From Ignavibacteriales bacterium (GTDB lineage Bacteria > Bacteroidota > Ignavibacteria > T3Sed10-11), in NCBI GenBank assembly GCA_003567775.1, contig PWYR01000083.1:833-64832 (forward strand): a stretch of DNA of 64,000 bases. The letters are read 5' to 3'. Position 1 is the stretch's first letter, and each line of letters starts with the position of its first letter. This document shows positions 59,513 through 64,000 of this stretch, in pieces. Position numbers and translations under genes: made by a program. The notes below the pieces were generated by a model. It was not told the origin of the DNA and made no database searches. It saw only the letters and a program-made list of their open reading frames with translations.

Positions 59513-59557
59513 ATTGTAATATGATAATACATCGCGATGTAACATTATGTTACAATT
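59512..59557. promoter_or_regulatory. nested palindromes (candidate enhancer/UAS)
   Basis: TGTAAC-ATTAT-GTTACA (59538-59554) is nested in AATTGTAA...TTACAATT (59512-59557). The centre is about 107 nt upstream of the -24 GG of the promoter at 59652. Confidence 0.4.
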
Positions 59558-59651
59558 AAATGGTTTGTAAAAACCGTTCCCACCGTGAATTATTCCTCTA
59601 ACTGCATAAATAACAAATATATACAAAGAACAATACGCACCCATTATTATC

Positions 59652-59667
59652 TGGCACGATTATTGTG
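59652..59667 (+). promoter_or_regulatory. candidate sigma-54 (-24/-12) promoter
   Basis: TGGCACGATTATTGTG versus consensus TGGCACG-N4-TTGCW. Spacing is exact and the only core deviation is TTGT for TTGC. It lies about 55 nt upstream of the ATG at 59722. Confidence 0.5.
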
Positions 59668-59721
59668 ATTTCTACAAATGTAACTTAATTAACATCAACA
59701 AATAAAATGATGGGGGAAACA

Positions 59722-60300
59722 ATGTTACAAAAATCTTTTCCAATCTTCTTACTTGCCGGACTTATATTTTTCTTCGCCGGCTGCAGTGATTTTGCGAATC
59801 CAGTAGGAGTGGAGGAACAAAGTCAACCTAAAGGGCTTAATTTCCTAACACTGCCCGATCCAGGTGCGTTCTTTAAAGCTATGGAAACATCTACAACCAT
59901 CAGCCCGCAGACCGGCGGTGAGCTGAAGCTTGAATATTCTCAAGGTCAGGGCAGCGATAAGGTTGATATTAACATCACTTTACGGTTCGACCCCGGTTCG
60001 GTTTCCGAGGAAATTGAGGTCTCCATGAGTGTCGATCAGGACATATTGTTGACAAACATCGACATCACATTTGGACCTTCTGGCTCGGAATTTTTGAAAC
60101 CGGCAAAACTATCGGTCAATACCAAAGGGCTTGATCTTTCGGATATCCCTTCCGATGCTGAAATACGTCTCTATTATGACAACAACGGTACTTGGGAAGA
60201 AATAGAAGCAAACATGGTACGCCATAATGTCGATCTGGGACAACTGCAATGCACTAACGGTAAAATACCGCATTTTTCACGATATGCATTTGCATTTTAA
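59722..60300 (+). CDS. hypothetical lipoprotein
   Basis: The ATG at 59722 is preceded by a GGGGGA SD. MLQKSFPIFLLAGLIFFFAGC is a lipobox signal. The mature part is beta-rich with no family recognised. The track start is 59707. Confidence 0.65.
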   Translation: MLQKSFPIFLLAGLIFFFAGCSDFANPVGVEEQSQPKGLNFLTLPDPGAFFKAMETSTTISPQTGGELKLEYSQGQGSDKVDINITLRFDPGSVSEEIEVSMSVDQDILLTNIDITFGPSGSEFLKPAKLSVNTKGLDLSDIPSDAEIRLYYDNNGTWEEIEANMVRHNVDLGQLQCTNGKIPHFSRYAFAF

Positions 60301-60343
60301 TAAATAGCAAAGACCAGCTAACCTATTTCACCCGAAGGAATCA

Positions 60344-61600
60344 ATGCAAAGTTATAACAATAACTCAAAGCAGATAAAATTCGAAGAGGAACTCAGCAAT
60401 TTGCTGACTCGATATTGTTCTGATTCTCTCGTACGCAGAATTCAATCAGACAAGAAAGAGATCCCAATCATCGAAAAAAGAATACATCAGACCTCAAAAG
60501 ATCAAAACGGGCATACAAATATAAATGAAGATCTGATATACGGATTTCATCTCGACACTATTATTGCCAGATGTGAAGATGAGGTATCCCCTCCCGAATA
60601 TCCTGCACTTCTCAATGAAATAGGATCCCTTTGTAAACGCTTCGGAAAATACGAAAAAGCCAAAGAAATTTATCATCGAGTTTTGCTCTCACTAAACGGT
60701 GACACCCGTTATGCAAAACAAAAAGGGATAGCTTTATTAAGAAGATCGGAGATTTTCATTCGCCAGGCAGAATGGGAATTTGCACTCGCCGACCTCAAAC
60801 TGAGCAAGCAGAATTTTTTCGATGCACGGTACGACGATGGAATCGGCTACGTTGAAAATAGTCTCGGTATTTTGTATGCCGAAAAAGGGGAACTGAAGAA
60901 AGCCATTCATCACTGGAAAAATGCACACGCAATATTTGAAGATGTGAACGATGAGATGACAGCGGCAGTGCTCATGAGCTTGGGAATTGCCACTAATATT
61001 GCAGGTGAATGGAATGAAGCACTCAGTTATTATCAACGGGCGCTCCCGAAATTTGAGCAGATAGGTTCCATGTCCAGACTGGCAGAACTTCATCATAATA
61101 TAGGTATGACGTTCCTATCGAAAGGAAACATCGAATCCGCCATCAATCAATTCGACGAAAGTCTTTCATACTCAGGCCAACAATTTTATCAGTCATTGAT
61201 GGGATTATCCTATCTTGGTAAGGCAGATGCGTATGTACGTAAAGGCGATTACAGTACTTCGATGTTGTTTGTTCAGAATGCCCTCGATGTCTTCAGAAAA
61301 TTAAACGACCATCTCAGTATTGCAGATACTTATAAAATCAAAGGGGTGATTCATCGAGAAACGGAGAATGCGGAGATAGCAGAGGTTTATCTGAAAACAA
61401 GTATTCGTTTGAACGAACTCTACCAGTGCGCTCTGGGCCTTGCCGAATCGCTTTACGAGCTTGGCATATTATACAAACAGCGTTCGGAAAAGGAAAAAGC
61501 AATACATGTGTTCAAAAAAGCATTAGAAAATTTTCAAAAAGCAGGCGCTTATCACAATGAAAAAGTAGTAAGAGAAGACTTAGCATCAACCCTCGAATAA
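60344..61600 (+). CDS. TPR repeat protein (cytoplasmic)
   Basis: 418 aa with about 7 TPR-like repeats resembling those at the kinase C-terminus. GAAGGAA SD. Confidence 0.7.
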   Translation: MQSYNNNSKQIKFEEELSNLLTRYCSDSLVRRIQSDKKEIPIIEKRIHQTSKDQNGHTNINEDLIYGFHLDTIIARCEDEVSPPEYPALLNEIGSLCKRFGKYEKAKEIYHRVLLSLNGDTRYAKQKGIALLRRSEIFIRQAEWEFALADLKLSKQNFFDARYDDGIGYVENSLGILYAEKGELKKAIHHWKNAHAIFEDVNDEMTAAVLMSLGIATNIAGEWNEALSYYQRALPKFEQIGSMSRLAELHHNIGMTFLSKGNIESAINQFDESLSYSGQQFYQSLMGLSYLGKADAYVRKGDYSTSMLFVQNALDVFRKLNDHLSIADTYKIKGVIHRETENAEIAEVYLKTSIRLNELYQCALGLAESLYELGILYKQRSEKEKAIHVFKKALENFQKAGAYHNEKVVREDLASTLE

Positions 61601-61641
61601 CACGTAAAGAAACCTTTCTTTATATACTCCTCACAGAATCA

Positions 61642-61701
61642 TTACACTCTGTAAAAATTACAGCGTATTATAGGTAATATTTACCGGGTGAAAAAATTAC
61701 C
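61642..61701. promoter_or_regulatory. cluster of TGTAA/TTACA and GGTAA/TTACC palindromes (candidate enhancer/UAS)
   Basis: TTACA-CTC-TGTAA-AAA-TTACA (includes the perfect CTGTAA-AAA-TTACAG at 61649-61663), GGTAA-TAT-TTACC (61673-61685) and TTACC (61697-61701). These lie about 80-135 nt upstream of the promoter at 61777. Confidence 0.4.
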
Positions 61702-61776
61702 TGTTGATCAGTTTATTTAATTGCCATATAGATACCTACCGGCTGGTTTTTTCCAGATTGAAATTTTCAATCTCTC

Positions 61777-61792
61777 TGGCATCATGTTTGTT
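61777..61792 (+). promoter_or_regulatory. candidate sigma-54 (-24/-12) promoter
   Basis: TGGCATCATGTTTGTT. The GG-N10-GT spacing is identical to the 59652 site and it has the same TTGT -12 variant. Confidence 0.4.
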
Positions 61793-61902
61793 GATACTAT
61801 ACGTGTATTAATATTTGGAATTTATTCTACACTTCTGATGCGAGGAGAAATATATCTATTACTAACGGTTCATACAAAATAGGAGCATTATCTTCGCCTG
61901 AA

Positions 61903-63243
61903 ATGGCGTCGGTAATCAATGAGCTGCTTTCACCACTCGAGAACATTCAGGTCGAAACTTTGTCACGATCGCTCCAAGAGGAACATCCACACCTGATTAT
62001 TTTTGAGTCATCGAACACCAGTGATGGAACGCAGGATCAATTGCTATCCTTTCTGCGGGAATGCAACGACAATATTCCGGTGATTGCAGTGACAAATAAA
62101 CCGAATTACCAAAAAGCCATTGGATTACTGCGAGCCGGACTTAAAGATTATATAAATCTGTCAAATGAAAAATCAAAACTGTACCGTCAGGTCGAATCAT
62201 ATTTTAAAGCATGGCAAAAAGAGCAGGAGAAAAAAGCATTTCGGGATTTCACTAAAAACACCTACGATTTTAGTCAGATCATTGGAAATTCTCCGCACAT
62301 ACAACAAGTTTTGGATATACTTAAAAAGGTTATCGACACCGAAAACGTTACGGTTCTAGTCAGAGGTGAAACCGGCACCGGAAAGGAATTGATCGCTAAA
62401 GCCATCCATTATAACAGCAGTAACAGTAAAAATCCATTTGTAGAGATCGCTTGCACCGCAATTCCCGATACGTTACTCGAATCCGAACTATTCGGTTATG
62501 AAAAAGGCGCTTTCACCGATGCAAGAGACAAAAAAGCCGGCCTTTTTGAGATCGCCGGGAAAGGAACGATTTTTCTTGATGAGATTGGCGATATTACTCC
62601 GGTGATTCAATCAAAACTTCTCAAAGTTATTGAGGAAAAAAAATTCCGGCGGTTAGGAAGCTTGCAGGATATCCCTGTGCATGCACGTATTATATCGGCT
62701 ACGGGAGTCAACCTGGAACAAATGGTAGATGCAGGAAAATTCAGGAGAGATTTATACTACCGGCTCAACGTCGTTCCTATCGAACTTCCGTCGCTACGCC
62801 AGAGAAAAGAAGATATCCCGATTCTCGCAAATCACTTTCTTCAGCAATTCAATAAACAATACGAAAAAGAAGTCGATGGATTTTCTCAGGGAGCAATTGA
62901 TTTTCTGACAGAGTATTCATGGCCCGGCAACGTACGGGAGCTAAAACATAGTATCGAGCGAGCGGTATTGTTAGTTGAACATGGCTTTATCGAAGATACT
63001 CATTTTTCGATTAAGAATAACTCAAATACAATTGATAAAAAGCAATCCCATACGGATAACAATAACTATATCACCTTTAATTTACCGATAGCGAACGCGA
63101 CTATGGAGGATGCAGAACGTCAATTAGTCAAAAAAATATTACATCACACACGGGGGAATAAGACCAATGCGGCGCAGATAATGAAAATATCGCGTCCGAA
63201 ACTCGATAGAATTATTAAACGAAATCAAAAATATTTACAATAA
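61903..63243 (+). CDS. sigma-54-dependent transcriptional activator (bEBP, NtrC/Fis family) with degenerate receiver
   Basis: AAA+ core GETGTGKE, GAFTDA (GAFTGA-loop variant), and a C-terminal HTH GNKTNAAQIMKISRPKL. The receiver lacks the DD pair and has E in place of the acceptor Asp (HLIIFES). The true start may be upstream (ATA 61852 / ATT 61858 after AGGAG). Confidence 0.85.
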   Translation: MASVINELLSPLENIQVETLSRSLQEEHPHLIIFESSNTSDGTQDQLLSFLRECNDNIPVIAVTNKPNYQKAIGLLRAGLKDYINLSNEKSKLYRQVESYFKAWQKEQEKKAFRDFTKNTYDFSQIIGNSPHIQQVLDILKKVIDTENVTVLVRGETGTGKELIAKAIHYNSSNSKNPFVEIACTAIPDTLLESELFGYEKGAFTDARDKKAGLFEIAGKGTIFLDEIGDITPVIQSKLLKVIEEKKFRRLGSLQDIPVHARIISATGVNLEQMVDAGKFRRDLYYRLNVVPIELPSLRQRKEDIPILANHFLQQFNKQYEKEVDGFSQGAIDFLTEYSWPGNVRELKHSIERAVLLVEHGFIEDTHFSIKNNSNTIDKKQSHTDNNNYITFNLPIANATMEDAERQLVKKILHHTRGNKTNAAQIMKISRPKLDRIIKRNQKYLQ

Positions 63244-63276
63244 TTATTTCCTTACGTTTATCTTACGGTCAATGGT

Positions 63277-64000
63277 ATGGAACTAAAAGAACTATTAACA
63301 GATGAAGAACTATCCGCAGATTCCGGCAAAGAATTAATCAACAGTAAAAGCCGGGTACAGGATCTCGAATTAATATTAAATGTAGTTAAAACCATAAACA
63401 AGTCCCTTATACTCGAAGAAGTATTACAGCTTGTTTTGGATAATGCAATTAAAGTAGCGAAAGCCGAGCGGGGATTCTTAATTCTGAAAAATGAAGACGG
63501 GAAATTACAATGTGAACTTGCAAGAGATGAAAAAGGAAAACCACTTCCTGAAGACGCATACCAAATCAGCGATACAATTGCTCACGATGTTTTTACAACA
63601 GGAGAATCGATTTTTATTGAAAATGCCCAGACCGATCATCGATTCGAACAGCGAAAAAGCATCAAATCGCTACGATTGCAAACTATAATCTGTTCACCAT
63701 TGGTTGTTCGCAGCGAAAAAATTGGCGTCATCTATGTAGATAGTCGTTCCATTAGGTCGATTAATCAAGATGAGATAGTCGGCATTTTTGAAATCCTTGC
63801 AGGACAGGCAGCCATTGCAATAAAAAATGCACAATTATACAATAAGTTACAGAAAGCATTTCAGGACGTGCAAATAGCAAGCGAACAGCTTATCAAATCC
63901 GACCGGATGGTCTCCAGAGGTAAAATGGCGGCGGAGATCAGTCACGAATTGAAAAACCTTGTTAATGTGGTGCTTTTACAATTACAATACTTCGAAAATT
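63277..64000 (+). CDS. GAF-domain sensor histidine kinase (3' end beyond window)
   Basis: Open frame from ATG 63277 to the window end, so it is absent from the ORF track. GAF-like segment (ERGFLILKNEDG...IGVIYVDS) followed by the H-box MAAEISHELKNL. Confidence 0.8.
   Translation, partial: MELKELLTDEELSADSGKELINSKSRVQDLELILNVVKTINKSLILEEVLQLVLDNAIKVAKAERGFLILKNEDGKLQCELARDEKGKPLPEDAYQISDTIAHDVFTTGESIFIENAQTDHRFEQRKSIKSLRLQTIICSPLVVRSEKIGVIYVDSRSIRSINQDEIVGIFEILAGQAAIAIKNAQLYNKLQKAFQDVQIASEQLIKSDRMVSRGKMAAEISHELKNLVNVVLLQLQYFEN

Noticed and set aside
61784-61882. 32-aa hydrophobic ORF MFVDTIRVLIFGIYSTLLMRGEIYLLLTVHTK
   Set aside because: It overlaps the predicted -24/-12 promoter and the bEBP leader, has no SD, and is probably fortuitous.
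55790-64000. Apparent lower GC content of the right-hand regulatory island as evidence of horizontal transfer
   Set aside because: Hand counts of a few 60-nt lines gave about 35-42 percent here against about 50 percent in rpoC and the S9 peptidase gene. The addA-like gene is similarly AT-rich (about 32 percent in one line). The sampling is too sparse and the variation too general to support a claim.

Overview
This is a 64-kb chromosomal window from a Gram-negative bacterium, probably in the FCB superphylum (Ignavibacteria/Bacteroidota-like). That guess rests on a T9SS C-terminal sorting domain, parA-parB-DUF5683 synteny and a Bacteroidota-style AddAB pair. Shine-Dalgarno sites and TTGnnn-N16/17-TATATT promoters are clearly used. 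Most of the window is core genome. The largest block, on the minus strand, is tRNA-Thr/Tyr/Gly/Thr, rpmG, tRNA-Trp, secE, nusG, rplKAJL and rpoBC. Other core genes are parAB, mgtE, dinG, glnE, addAB-like, phoH, mazG, an archease-rtcB cluster, paaABCD, two crotonases and a divergent peptide ABC transporter. I see no CRISPR array, intact mobile element or recognisable defence system. The least ordinary part is the right-hand end (55.8-64 kb). It holds a non-RD Ser/Thr kinase fused to a STAND ATPase and a TPR array, starting 22 nt after the peptide permease genes. Two sigma-54-type promoters follow, sharing an unusual TTGT -12 element and upstream TGTAA/TTACA palindromes. They precede a lipoprotein+TPR gene pair and an enhancer-binding protein (degenerate receiver) + GAF histidine kinase pair. 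Other notable points: two diverged toxin-antitoxin-like cassettes (disrupted small gene + intact DUF2283) in inverted orientation around the paa segment; a T9SS-domain remnant; three 4x7-nt tandem repeats; loss of tuf from a cluster otherwise arranged as in E. coli; and two genes whose conserved N-termini lie upstream of any canonical start codon. All family assignments come from reading motifs and from memory. No searches were run.
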